From Cyanobacteria bacterium P01_F01_bin.150 (GTDB lineage: Bacteria; Cyanobacteriota; Cyanobacteriia; CAKZMO01), in NCBI GenBank assembly GCA_039189765.1, contig JBCCYL010000006.1, positions 1-64,000 on the forward strand: 64,000 nt of DNA. Reading direction: 5' to 3'. This document shows, in pieces, positions 52,445 through 62,452 of this stretch; positions within the stretch are counted from its first letter, which is position 1, and each line of letters begins with the position of its first letter. The position numbers and the translations under genes are program-made. The notes under the pieces are model-generated. The model was not told the DNA's origin. It saw only the letters and a program-made list of their open reading frames with translations, and searched no databases.

Positions 52445-53533
52445 ATGTCTGCTGCCCAGATCCATTCTTCCCAGCCCCGCCTGCTGATTGTCGATGATCA
52501 GCCCGATAATTTACGGCTGCTGTCCACAATGCTGATGGACCAAGGCTATGAAGTCCGACGAGCCTTAAGTGGGACCCTGGCCCTGCGTAATGTGCAGGCC
52601 CACCCACCGGACTTAATTTTACTGGATATCAATATGCCAGAACTGAGTGGCTACGACGTCTGTCAAACTCTTAAGGCGGATGCCAAAACCCGCTCGATTC
52701 CGATTATTTTTTTGAGTGCATCCAATAGCGAGCAGGATAAGGTACAGGCGTTTGAAATGGGCGGAGTCGATTACATTACCAAACCCTTTCAGGTGCGGGA
52801 GGTGCTGGCGCGGGTGGCCACCCAGCTGAAGCTCCAACAGCTTAATCGTCTTAGGGAAAGCCTTTCTCGGATGCTAGTACACGATCTGCGTGCGCCTCTC
52901 ACCAGTATTAGCTTGGGTAGCAGCATGCTTTTGCGACGCGACTACATTCAGCCCAGTGACCACAATGTTATAGAAACCATTTACGCGACGAGCCAACGCC
53001 TTAATCATATGCTGAATGATTTGTTAATCACGGCGAAGCTGGATGCAGGGCAGTTGACTTTAAAGCGAGAGACGGTGGCAATTCAAGGATTAGTTGATGA
53101 GGCAATTCAGGGATTAATGAACGAAGCTGAGGCAAAACAGGTCAAGTTAGTCGGCAAAGTACCCGAAATCCCCTGCGCACTCTCCCTGGACGTCAATTTA
53201 TTTCGGCGGGTGATGGAAAACTTAATCACCAACGCCATTAAGTTTTCACCGATTGGGGGAACCATTACCGTCCTGTTTGAGATCCATACCGATCAAAGTT
53301 GTGATAGCACAGCCATTCTCAAAGTTATGGATATGGGGATGGGAGTGCCAGAGAATCAGCGGCAAAATATTTTTGACTCCTATCAAACGGGGCAGCATGT
53401 TGATGGAGTATCACAGATTGGGCTGGGATTAAGCTTCTGCAAATTAGTGGTTGATGCCCACGGAGGACAAATTTCTGTCATAGATAATGAACCCACTGGC
53501 GCAATATTTATGGTCGTTTTACCCCAGAAATAG
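52445..53533 (+). CDS. Receiver - histidine kinase hybrid
   Basis: LIVDDQP, LLDINMP, KPF; H-box LVHDLRAPL; NLITNAIKFS, GLGL. Confidence 0.92.
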   Translation: MSAAQIHSSQPRLLIVDDQPDNLRLLSTMLMDQGYEVRRALSGTLALRNVQAHPPDLILLDINMPELSGYDVCQTLKADAKTRSIPIIFLSASNSEQDKVQAFEMGGVDYITKPFQVREVLARVATQLKLQQLNRLRESLSRMLVHDLRAPLTSISLGSSMLLRRDYIQPSDHNVIETIYATSQRLNHMLNDLLITAKLDAGQLTLKRETVAIQGLVDEAIQGLMNEAEAKQVKLVGKVPEIPCALSLDVNLFRRVMENLITNAIKFSPIGGTITVLFEIHTDQSCDSTAILKVMDMGMGVPENQRQNIFDSYQTGQHVDGVSQIGLGLSFCKLVVDAHGGQISVIDNEPTGAIFMVVLPQK

Positions 53534-53578
53534 TATGGAAGGGCAAAACGAACGTGTCCCCATTAGCTAAACGTGACG

Positions 53579-55378
53579 CTATTTCTGATTGAAGAGGCGA
53601 TCGCCATCAGTCGGCTCTCCCAGAAGATAGCCTTGGCCAAACTCACAGCCTAACGCAGTGGCGGCTTCTAATTGTTCAAGTGATTCAATGCCTTCGGCAG
53701 TCACTGTCATATCTAGATCATGGGCTAGATTAATAATGGCACTTAACACTTTTTGATTACCTTGAGCATTCTCTATTTTTTGAATAAAAGATTTATCAAT
53801 TTTAATGTTTTCAACACGAAGCTGATTTAAATAGCTCAAACAGGAATATCCGGTACCAAAATCATCAATACTGACATTAATCTGAGAGCGTTTTAGATAC
53901 TCTAAGTTTGTTAAGATCACCGTATTTTGCTGCATTAATCCATATTCAGTAATTTCTAGCGCTAAGTGTTCAGGCTTGGCTTGTGTTTGTTCGAAAATAT
54001 GGCAAAGGTAGTCAATAAAATCTGTCTGTATCAGTTGCAATGACGACAAGTTAACCTGGAGCCGAAAAGAGGGCGGCAGTACTCCACTCTCCTGCCATGT
54101 TCTGAGCTGATAGCAGGCTTGCCGTATCACCAGTCGATCTAAATTCACTATCAGTGCGGTTTCTTCAGCAATGGGAATAAAGCGATCGGGTGAAAGCACT
54201 CCCATTGTGGGATGATGCCACCTGACTAGCGCCTCAGCACCTTTCAAGGCGTTCGTCTCCAGAGAGATAATTGGTTGGTATACCAATTGGAGTTCCTGCT
54301 GCTCTAACGCACGATGTAAATCATTTTGAGTTTCAAAAAAAGACAGTGCTCTATGGTACATTTCAGAATTAAACACTTGAATTTTTTCAAATCTCTGAGC
54401 CTCGGCTTGAGATAGGGCTGTCGTTGCATCTCTCAATATGTGTGTAGCTTTCTCATAGCCTTTTGAGGCAAGAACAATCCCCATGCAAATTTGAACATAG
54501 ACTGGGCAACGATCAATATGAAACGGTGAGAGCATCTCTTGGCGCAGTCGTTGTGCTAGCTCCAATATATTGGCTTGGTCTATGGGATATTCAATTAGTA
54601 AGGCAAATGTTTCTTCCCCATAAAAGGCTAAAAGAATACCGTCATCTAAACATGATTCTAAACGACGCTGCATGGAAATCAGTAGCTGATCCACTGCATG
54701 GTGACCCAAAGAATTATTAATCGTTTTTAACTGATTCCCCTTGAGTAAAATCAGCGCTGTCGGTTGATGGGGATTTTGATTCAAGATTTGGCTCAGTCGC
54801 TGGGATAAAAACACACGAGAGGGCAACCCGGTGAGGTTATCATGGGTAGCCATATACAACACTTTTTGCTGAATACGGAGACGTTCACCAATCTCTTGTT
54901 CTAGCTGTGCCGTTCTTTGAGTGACGCGTCGTTCTAGTTCCGTATTCAGAGTTTGAACCTGTATTTGAGCTGCACGTAAAGCGATATGAGTACCCACTCT
55001 AGCCAGTAATTCTTCAGCTTGAAAGGGTTTAGAAATATAGTCCACTCCTCCGACTTCAAGCGCCTTGACCTTATCCTGGGTTTGATCGAGAGCACTGAGA
55101 AAAATAATCGGGATATCCTGCGTTAACGGATCGACTTTCAAACGATTACAGACTTGGTATCCATTCATCTCAGGCATCTTGATATCTAGCAAAATTAAAT
55201 TTGGTTGTGCCGCTCTAGCGACGTTCAAGGCCACTTGCCCCGTCAGCGCATTGCGGACTTTATAGCCATGTTCACGTAAAATTTTGGATAAAAATGCAAG
55301 ATTTTCGGGCACATCATCAACAACCAGAATGTCTCCTAACGGAGAGGGGGATGGATCGTGATTAAATGGGTCGCTCAT
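53579..55378 (-). CDS. Receiver - degenerate GGDEF - EAL c-di-GMP phosphodiesterase
   Basis: REC; HDNLTGLP but the GGDEF site reads FYGEETF; EAL motifs YQPI, AEALVRW, LEITE, DDFGTGYS, KIDKSF, AEGIE and QGY are intact. Confidence 0.9.
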   Translation of the reverse strand: MSDPFNHDPSPSPLGDILVVDDVPENLAFLSKILREHGYKVRNALTGQVALNVARAAQPNLILLDIKMPEMNGYQVCNRLKVDPLTQDIPIIFLSALDQTQDKVKALEVGGVDYISKPFQAEELLARVGTHIALRAAQIQVQTLNTELERRVTQRTAQLEQEIGERLRIQQKVLYMATHDNLTGLPSRVFLSQRLSQILNQNPHQPTALILLKGNQLKTINNSLGHHAVDQLLISMQRRLESCLDDGILLAFYGEETFALLIEYPIDQANILELAQRLRQEMLSPFHIDRCPVYVQICMGIVLASKGYEKATHILRDATTALSQAEAQRFEKIQVFNSEMYHRALSFFETQNDLHRALEQQELQLVYQPIISLETNALKGAEALVRWHHPTMGVLSPDRFIPIAEETALIVNLDRLVIRQACYQLRTWQESGVLPPSFRLQVNLSSLQLIQTDFIDYLCHIFEQTQAKPEHLALEITEYGLMQQNTVILTNLEYLKRSQINVSIDDFGTGYSCLSYLNQLRVENIKIDKSFIQKIENAQGNQKVLSAIINLAHDLDMTVTAEGIESLEQLEAATALGCEFGQGYLLGEPTDGDRLFNQK

Positions 55379-55407
55379 GAGTTTCCCTGGTAGTAAGCCG
55401 AGTCTAT

Positions 55408-58400
55408 TTAGTTTACCGTCATGCGGATCGCACCTTCTGCCAGCGTTTGTATGCGATCGCAACGAAAGCTCTGAACTAATTGATAAAGCCCTTTGATAAC
55501 CTCTGGATCAGAATTGGGTAGGTCATGGAGAAGTTGCATTATCCATTCTTCATCAGCGACGGTAGCCGCCTCATAGAGCTGTCTCAGCCATTCTCTAGGG
55601 CAGGCAGCTAGCTGTTCATCTGTTAACTGCTGTTCGTCTTCTCTAAGGGTGTTGCTTTCAGCACCGGGGTCCTCCTCATAGATATAGGTTACCCCCAAGT
55701 ACTGGTGTAATTTTTCAAAAATAACGGCGTCTTGAAAAGGCTTCCGAACAAAATCATCGCAGCCGACGGAGAGAATCATCTGTTTTTCTGGCTCTAGAGC
55801 GCTAGCAGTTAAAGCAATAATCGCCGTGGCTTGCCCCCGGATATGAGCACGAATCCGCTGGGTCGCCTCGTAGCCATCCATAATCGGCATCCTCATGTCC
55901 ATCCAAATTAAATGCGGCTGCCACTCTTCCCATATTTGAATGGCCACTTGACCATTTTCGGCTTCTCGAACATCAAAGCCCATGGGTGTTAACAGTCTGA
56001 CCAGCAGGGTCCGACTTTCCCATTTATCCTCCACCACCAAGATACGGTAGATGGGTTGACCAGGCGCTAGGCGCATGACACCGAGGAAAGGATGATGCGG
56101 CTTTGTCTCTCTGGCGTCTGTCACGATTATGGGTAATGCAAGATGAAAGACCGACCCTTGTTCCAAGGTACTATCAGCGGTCAGTCTCCCATCCAACAGA
56201 TCCACGTAGTGTTTACAAATGGCTAATCCCAAACCAGTGCCAGATTGACGCTTTTGTCCAGCATCAGCTTGATAGAATTCATTGAAAAGGTGTTGAAGCT
56301 GATCAGGAGCAATGCCCGGTCCAGTATCTTCTATATCAATCTGAAGCGTCTCTGCGACTTTGATTCTAACGGTGATCCGACCGATTTCAGTAAATTTTAA
56401 GGCATTGCCAAGCAGATTGATCAGAATTTGCCGTAGTTTCGCTTCATCTGTTTTTATAGATTGGGGAATATCGGATTGTTGCTCAAAGATCAGAGTTAAT
56501 CCTTTAGTTTGAGCTTTAAGCTGGAACATGTCTTCCAGCGATCGCAGCAGTTCTGACAAGTTAAAAGACTGAATGGTGACCTCAACCCGCCCCGCCTCAA
56601 TTTTGGCCATGTTGAGAATATCGTTAATCAACGCCAGCAAGTGATCGCCGCTATTTTGAATGATGCGGAGGTACTCAGCAGATTCCTGGGAAAAACGATC
56701 GCGATCGGACTTTAGCAGTCTTTGCTGGATTTGAGTAAACCCCAGAATAACGTTGAGAGGTGTGCGTAATTCATGGCTCATATTTGCTAGAAACTGGCTT
56801 TTAAACTGATTAGCCCGTTCCGCCACTTGCTTTGCCTCTTCTAAGGACGCCGCCGCCAGTTTGCGCTCGGTAACATCCAGCACCGTCCCAAAGATGCGAA
56901 TCACTCGGCCCGATTTATCTTGAGTCCCTTTTCCTCGGCATTCAATATAGCGCAATTTACCATTGGATAACGTGATCCGCAGATCAACGTCATAGGGCAC
57001 TCCAGTGGTAATTAAACGGCGAGAAACCCGCGTCCATTGCCCATAATCATCGGGGTGAAGACGCCGAAAGACTTCTGCATAGCTGGGGGGCGAACCATTG
57101 GGATCAACCTCAAACATCCGCAATAGTTCCGCCGACCAGATCGTTTTTTTAGTCATCAAGTCAATTTCCCAATTGCCGACATGGGCTAACGTCTGGGCCA
57201 GTTTAAGCTGTTCGCTGGTCCTGTAGAGCTGCTGGGCAGACTGTTGAAATTTCTGTTGGCTGGCTCGTAATGCCTGGGTCCGTTCTTCCACCAGGGTATC
57301 TAAATGCTGAACATGAAGATTAAGCTGCGATCGCGACTCGGCTAAGTCTGCTCCCATGTGGTTAAAGCTTTGCACCAGCAGATTCAACTCATAAATGGGG
57401 GAGGCGGAGATCGGTTGATGGGGCGCTCCTTGGGCAATGGCCTGACTTGCTCGCCCCAATCGCACAATCGGTTGATCAATCCACCGCGCCAAAGCCAAGC
57501 TCATGCCGATGGACCCCATCAAGGTCAGCAGACTCAATAAAATTGTATTGCGGCTATTAGCTTGAATTTGAGTCGTCAGATCCGCTTCCGCAATCAGAGA
57601 CACGCCGACCCACTCTAAGCCATAGTCATCAGCAAAGGGCGTTAAGCGAATCCAATATCGTTCGTCACTGATCCGCACGCTAAACTGCCTTGGCAAGTCT
57701 TGAAACGTCTCAAATTGGCAAAGAGCATACGCCGCTACTCGATGCTTAAGGGAATAGGGATGGACGTTTGAAAGCGTTGGGTCCCGATCGTCGCTGACGG
57801 CTTTAAGGCTGCTGTTTTCCGTTTGCCCACTCTTGGTGTTGCAGTCTCCAGCTTTAATGGTTGGGACATCTAGCAAAGCACCGGAGTCTTCTGAGGTCGC
57901 AACAATGGAACCATCGGGGTCCATAATAAAAAGCATGCTGACGTAGGTTGTTTTTGCGTCAGCCAGAAATTTATTGATGGCCGTTAAGGTAAAGTCGGCC
58001 CCCGTCACTCCCTGTAAGGTTCCATCACGGCCAAAAGAGGGCTGTACAAAGCTAATCCCAAATTCTTGCACCCCTGCAAATTGATAAATATCGGTCCAAA
58101 GCGGTTTTCCCTCGGATGCAGCGGATTGGAACCAAGGTCTTTGGCGAGGATCATAAATCATCGATTCCACTTCTGGCCCCAATGTCCCATCATTTTTCAT
58201 GGAGTAGGTTCTCAGCAGATCCTCAGCGCTCCGTTTAATGCCGAATTCTAGACGACCATCAGGTAAACGAACCAGATATACATGCTCACGTTGTAGATTT
58301 CCATAGTAAAAATAGGTGACGTCCGGGAACTGCTGACTTTGGATAAACAGATGGGAGCGCCAATGTTCCAAGTTGAATGGATTGAGCTGACCCAATGCCA

Positions 58401-58623
58401 ACAGCGTTAAATTCTGTTGGGTCACCTGGGGAGGACTCGACGTGTAGTGCTGTAATTGACGAATAAGCTGCTTACCGGTATCGTCCAATAGCTGATCGGC
58501 AATTTCCTCAATTGCTTGTCGCCCATTCCAATGGGCTAACCAACCTGTGATGGACGTTACCACCACCACTTGCATCACCAGGGGAATCAATAACAGTGTG
58601 CGAAGCGATAGTTTCATCAGCAC
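55408..58623 (-). CDS. Cache - HAMP - PAS - histidine kinase - receiver hybrid sensor
   Basis: TM; YDPRQRPWF (Cache); TM; ELNLLVQSFNHM (HAMP); AHVGNWE...LHPDD (PAS); MSHELRTPLN; GTGLGL; REC WMDMRMP. Confidence 0.92.
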   Translation of the reverse strand: MLMKLSLRTLLLIPLVMQVVVVTSITGWLAHWNGRQAIEEIADQLLDDTGKQLIRQLQHYTSSPPQVTQQNLTLLALGQLNPFNLEHWRSHLFIQSQQFPDVTYFYYGNLQREHVYLVRLPDGRLEFGIKRSAEDLLRTYSMKNDGTLGPEVESMIYDPRQRPWFQSAASEGKPLWTDIYQFAGVQEFGISFVQPSFGRDGTLQGVTGADFTLTAINKFLADAKTTYVSMLFIMDPDGSIVATSEDSGALLDVPTIKAGDCNTKSGQTENSSLKAVSDDRDPTLSNVHPYSLKHRVAAYALCQFETFQDLPRQFSVRISDERYWIRLTPFADDYGLEWVGVSLIAEADLTTQIQANSRNTILLSLLTLMGSIGMSLALARWIDQPIVRLGRASQAIAQGAPHQPISASPIYELNLLVQSFNHMGADLAESRSQLNLHVQHLDTLVEERTQALRASQQKFQQSAQQLYRTSEQLKLAQTLAHVGNWEIDLMTKKTIWSAELLRMFEVDPNGSPPSYAEVFRRLHPDDYGQWTRVSRRLITTGVPYDVDLRITLSNGKLRYIECRGKGTQDKSGRVIRIFGTVLDVTERKLAAASLEEAKQVAERANQFKSQFLANMSHELRTPLNVILGFTQIQQRLLKSDRDRFSQESAEYLRIIQNSGDHLLALINDILNMAKIEAGRVEVTIQSFNLSELLRSLEDMFQLKAQTKGLTLIFEQQSDIPQSIKTDEAKLRQILINLLGNALKFTEIGRITVRIKVAETLQIDIEDTGPGIAPDQLQHLFNEFYQADAGQKRQSGTGLGLAICKHYVDLLDGRLTADSTLEQGSVFHLALPIIVTDARETKPHHPFLGVMRLAPGQPIYRILVVEDKWESRTLLVRLLTPMGFDVREAENGQVAIQIWEEWQPHLIWMDMRMPIMDGYEATQRIRAHIRGQATAIIALTASALEPEKQMILSVGCDDFVRKPFQDAVIFEKLHQYLGVTYIYEEDPGAESNTLREDEQQLTDEQLAACPREWLRQLYEAATVADEEWIMQLLHDLPNSDPEVIKGLYQLVQSFRCDRIQTLAEGAIRMTVN

Positions 58624-58758
58624 TCTCTTCAGATTAGATTCTTATATTCCTTGCACTCATCCTACCCTCAGGACTCTATTTCTGGGCAAGTCCTCAGCAC
58701 CAAGTCGGCGATTGGGACACGTTACTCGATCCCCATGCCTAAAAGCACGACTCCAAAG

Positions 58759-58806
58759 AAAAGCCCCAGCTAGATCTCGGAACACGTAAGGAGATCTAGC
58801 TGAGGC
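58759..58806 (-). terminator. Intrinsic terminator for the 58890-62003 gene
   Basis: Stem gccccagctagatctc / gagatctagctgaggc. An A-run on the + strand gives a U-tail on the minus strand. Confidence 0.7.
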
Positions 58807-58889
58807 GATTTAACCACTACTGGCAATAGAGGGTGAGCGATAACAGTTCACCCCAATCCTGCATTGCAATATAAATAAGAATGAAGTTT

Positions 58890-61800
58890 TTAGACAATGT
58901 CCGCACTGGTAATCAAACTTGCGTCCACATCTTCAAGGATTGCTAGCAAATCGTTGCCAGCGCTGATAAAGGTGCCTCGGTTACGTTGGATAATCGATAA
59001 ATCGGCAAAGCCTAGACCATTGGCAAGGCTGAGGCGATCGCTTCCATCCGTAAAGTCCGTAATAATATCGCGGCCACCGCCCGTGGAAAGAACAAACACG
59101 TCCTGACCCCGACCGCCAGTGATTTGATCGCTACCGTTACCTCCGTCAATCGTGTCGCGACCGCCGCCACCGTTAATCGTATCGCGGCCACCATTACCGT
59201 TAAGGGTGTCACGGCCACCGTTACCGTTGAGCGTATCGCGACCGGCACCGCCACTAAAGGTATCGGCACCGCCATTCCCAGTCAAAACGTCCTGGCCCTG
59301 GTTCCCCACCAAGATATCCTGGCCACCGCCACCCGTTAGGGCATCAGCACCGCTACCACCGGTGAGCTGATCATTGCCGCTGCCACCGCGTAGAACATCT
59401 TCGCCATCGTCACCGAACAGACTATCCGTGCCCGTACCCCCTAGCAGGGTATCGTTGCCACTGCCGCCTTCAAGGGTATCATCGCCAGCGCCTCCATTGA
59501 GGCGATCGCTCCCCCCCACAACCTGGGTGATATCGATTTGAAACAAGAGCTGATCTGGATTAGCCGTAAAGTCGCCGATGGTGGGGTCCACCACCGTACC
59601 CGCTGCCGTTGTCCCACCTAGAACATTGACGGGTGTGGCGTCAGGATTACCCACCGAGCCATTAAAGCCGGGATGGGTGGCCACTACGCCATTTTCATCG
59701 GTGCCCGTATCCCGAGCCGTTTGGTTGAGAAAGGCCGCATCTAATTCATTGTTGACCTCGGTACCTGCATCCAAGACATCACTGCCAAAGCGCTGAATCG
59801 TCAGGGGTGTAAAATTACCGTTTTCATCAAAGATGGGATCGGCCAAGGGATTATCCGGTACGGACAGAAAGGCATCATTTGATGGAATCACCATGGTAGC
59901 CCAGGTAAAGAAGCCGCGACCCACCTGACTTGGATCAACGTTTAGGGTAAAGCTAGTGGACTCGCCGGGGTCAATGGGACCAGGAGCACCGGACCCGCCG
60001 ATTACGGTAGCATCAATGCCATTGCCGTTGACCTGGGCATTAAATTCTGCGGCAATCCCTTCCACGGAGCCATCTTCCGCCAATCGCTCCAGCCCCTGGC
60101 TAGCGGCTTGGCCTGCGGTAAATAAATCGAAGGCCGCACCATCGTGGAAGCCAAACCAGACCGGCGTAAAGAAGGTGCCCCCGGCGGCTTGGGCATTGGT
60201 AATGGTCACCACCACCGCTTCACCGTCTCCCACTGCGTCTCCGCGCAGGATATCATTGCCTGCACCACCGGACAGCGTATCGTTGCCTGCACCGCCAGCA
60301 ATTAAGTTATCGCCATTATCTCCTTCCAAAGAATCATCATTTTCAGACCCGGTGAGGTTTTCAATATTGGTCAGCTGGTCTTGGACATTGGCTCCGCTGG
60401 GAGCAACATAGGCCGCAGTGCCGGTGGCCAAGCTTGCGATGACCCCTGCGGTGGCGGGATTAGTCGCCCCAGCATTGATATCGGAGAAATCCGCCGTATC
60501 AATTCCTTCTCCACCATCGTTAATATCGGCACCACCGCCCCCCCGCAGGGTATCGTTGCCGAGTCCACCCCTAAGGGTGTCACCGCCGCCGCGACCGACC
60601 AGTAGATCATCACCATCGGCACCGTCTAGCTCATTGGCATTACCATCGCCAAAAAGCTGGTCATTATTGGCAGACCCAAGTAAATTTTCAAAGTTGGAGA
60701 AATTTTCAAAGACGGTGGTGGTGGCATTGGGCTGATAGGAGGCACTGCCAGAGCCTAAATCCGCCACCACGGGGGCACCAATATTTTGAAAGCTATTGGT
60801 GTCAAGGCCCTCACCACCATCCAGAGTATCACTGCCCCCAGCTCCGGCAATTACGTCATTGCCCGCCCCGCCGTTAATCACGTTTGCTGCGGCTCCGGAA
60901 GCAATAATGGTGTCATCATTCACTGAACCGGTAATATTTTCAATCCCGGTAAAGCTCTCCGAAACGGTAGGATTCCCGGCAATACCCCCGGCCAGATATT
61001 CCGCCGTTCCGGTACCATCGGCGTTTAGGGTAACCGTCACCCCGGCAATGCTGGCATCCGCCGCACTGGCATTAATGGTGGCAAAGCTATTGGTATCGCT
61101 GCCTTCGCCGCCGTCAATAATGTCTGTGCCGCCGCTGCCCGTGAGGATATCGTCGCCCGCACCTCCGCTTAGGGTGTTCGCTGCTGCTCCAGTGGCGGTA
61201 ATGATGTCCGCATCATTGGAGCCAATAATATTTTCAATCGAGATCAGGGTATCGGTTTCAACCACTTCCACAAAGACATTGCCATCTCCGGTGTCTGCGC
61301 TTGAAGTAAGAGCCAAGCCATTAACATCACCGCCTGCATCCTGAACCACATCCAAAATCACTGGACCGTTAGTGCCTGCGGGGGCGTTGTGTAAATGAAT
61401 GGAACTCACCCCAGCCACGGGCAGCAGATCGGAGGTAGCGAGTCCAGAAATACTTAGGTTTGAGCTATAGGTCACGGTACCGTCTGCGGCCACAACCAGA
61501 GTCACTTCACCTGTGCCTGTAGCGGTGGAGTCAGAGGTGGGACCGGGTTCTTGGGCTGCATCGAGGGTGGCGGAGAGAACAATGGTGCGCACTCCGCTGC
61601 CGTCAGTAGTATCGCTAACGACGGTGCTTAACTGTCCCCGAATTTCACCGCCGTTAAAGTCGTTGGTGTGGACGTTAAAGTACAGGTTACCCGCTACGGC
61701 TTCCGTGACGATTTGAGCTGGGGTCTGGTCAGTGGTCAACGAGGCAACGGCTGCATCGGTGACGGTCAGGGAAAATCCCGTTTCACGGGTGGCAGTGCCG

Positions 61801-62003
61801 TTGCCATCGGCGTCAATGGTGACGGTGACCGGAACGTCGATATCGGAAAAGTCGGCGGTGTCGCTGCCGGGGCCGCCATCGAGGGTATCATTTCCTAACC
61901 CTCCGCTAAGGGTGTCGTTACCATCGAGGCCATTGAGGGTTTCGCTGGCTGCGGTGCCGTTAAGGGTTTCTGCGTTTGCGGTACCGTTTAGAATTTCGTC
62001 CAT
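58890..62003 (-). CDS. Secreted RTX Ca-binding protein with CHRD-like and spondin_N domains
   Basis: GGxGND repeats. CHRD motifs YFNVHT...GEIRGQL and IHLHNAPAGTNGPV. Spondin motifs FTPVWFGFHDG, LAEDG, MVIPSNDAF and DAGTEVN. C-terminal DIITDFTDGSDRL. Confidence 0.88.
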   Translation of the reverse strand: MDEILNGTANAETLNGTAASETLNGLDGNDTLSGGLGNDTLDGGPGSDTADFSDIDVPVTVTIDADGNGTATRETGFSLTVTDAAVASLTTDQTPAQIVTEAVAGNLYFNVHTNDFNGGEIRGQLSTVVSDTTDGSGVRTIVLSATLDAAQEPGPTSDSTATGTGEVTLVVAADGTVTYSSNLSISGLATSDLLPVAGVSSIHLHNAPAGTNGPVILDVVQDAGGDVNGLALTSSADTGDGNVFVEVVETDTLISIENIIGSNDADIITATGAAANTLSGGAGDDILTGSGGTDIIDGGEGSDTNSFATINASAADASIAGVTVTLNADGTGTAEYLAGGIAGNPTVSESFTGIENITGSVNDDTIIASGAAANVINGGAGNDVIAGAGGSDTLDGGEGLDTNSFQNIGAPVVADLGSGSASYQPNATTTVFENFSNFENLLGSANNDQLFGDGNANELDGADGDDLLVGRGGGDTLRGGLGNDTLRGGGGADINDGGEGIDTADFSDINAGATNPATAGVIASLATGTAAYVAPSGANVQDQLTNIENLTGSENDDSLEGDNGDNLIAGGAGNDTLSGGAGNDILRGDAVGDGEAVVVTITNAQAAGGTFFTPVWFGFHDGAAFDLFTAGQAASQGLERLAEDGSVEGIAAEFNAQVNGNGIDATVIGGSGAPGPIDPGESTSFTLNVDPSQVGRGFFTWATMVIPSNDAFLSVPDNPLADPIFDENGNFTPLTIQRFGSDVLDAGTEVNNELDAAFLNQTARDTGTDENGVVATHPGFNGSVGNPDATPVNVLGGTTAAGTVVDPTIGDFTANPDQLLFQIDITQVVGGSDRLNGGAGDDTLEGGSGNDTLLGGTGTDSLFGDDGEDVLRGGSGNDQLTGGSGADALTGGGGQDILVGNQGQDVLTGNGGADTFSGGAGRDTLNGNGGRDTLNGNGGRDTINGGGGRDTIDGGNGSDQITGGRGQDVFVLSTGGGRDIITDFTDGSDRLSLANGLGFADLSIIQRNRGTFISAGNDLLAILEDVDASLITSADIV

Positions 62004-62155
62004 GATATGTCTCCAAGTTCAAATGTTGTGGGCAATAGGGCTATGACCTATGTGTGTTTGCAAGTTCCATAGTGAAGGCCCTGGCTGAGAATGGAGGTGT
62101 ATAGCAAACGACAAAATCGTCGCGGTGCTCTCATGGAGTTCTAAGGTTGGCGGAC

Positions 62156-62187
62156 AAAAAATAGGGATGAGAAAGCGCCCATCCCTA
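62156..62187 (-). terminator. Probable intrinsic terminator downstream of the Thr-rich gene
   Basis: Minus strand reads tagggatg ggcgctttct catcccta tttttt. Confidence 0.6.
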
Positions 62188-62309
62188 ATCGGAAATTACC
62201 CCAGGTTACTGAACATCAATCGATTACTAACGTGTTGTGTCGGCGATGCCGATACAACACGTTCAAAGTTAAAGAAACACGTCGTGTTTCTTAGAAGTTA
62301 CTAGTGATT

Positions 62310-62452
62310 AGGGAATTGCGGGAAAATAACATACCAATTTGGCGTAGGATGGGCAAAACGAACGTGTGCCCATCAGCTCAACGTTTAGATGGTCACGTCC
62401 TATCGTCCTTTGCCCATCCTACGTCCGGTGTCTTATTTCTTTGCAAGTCCCT
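62310..62452. mobile_element. MITE-like element (~143 bp) with imperfect TIRs enclosing a GTAG REP-like nested palindrome
   Basis: Left end agggaattgcgggaaaataa versus reverse complement of the right end agggacttgcaaagaaataa. The internal 79-bp palindrome is shared with 42821-42899. No transposase in the window. Confidence 0.6.
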
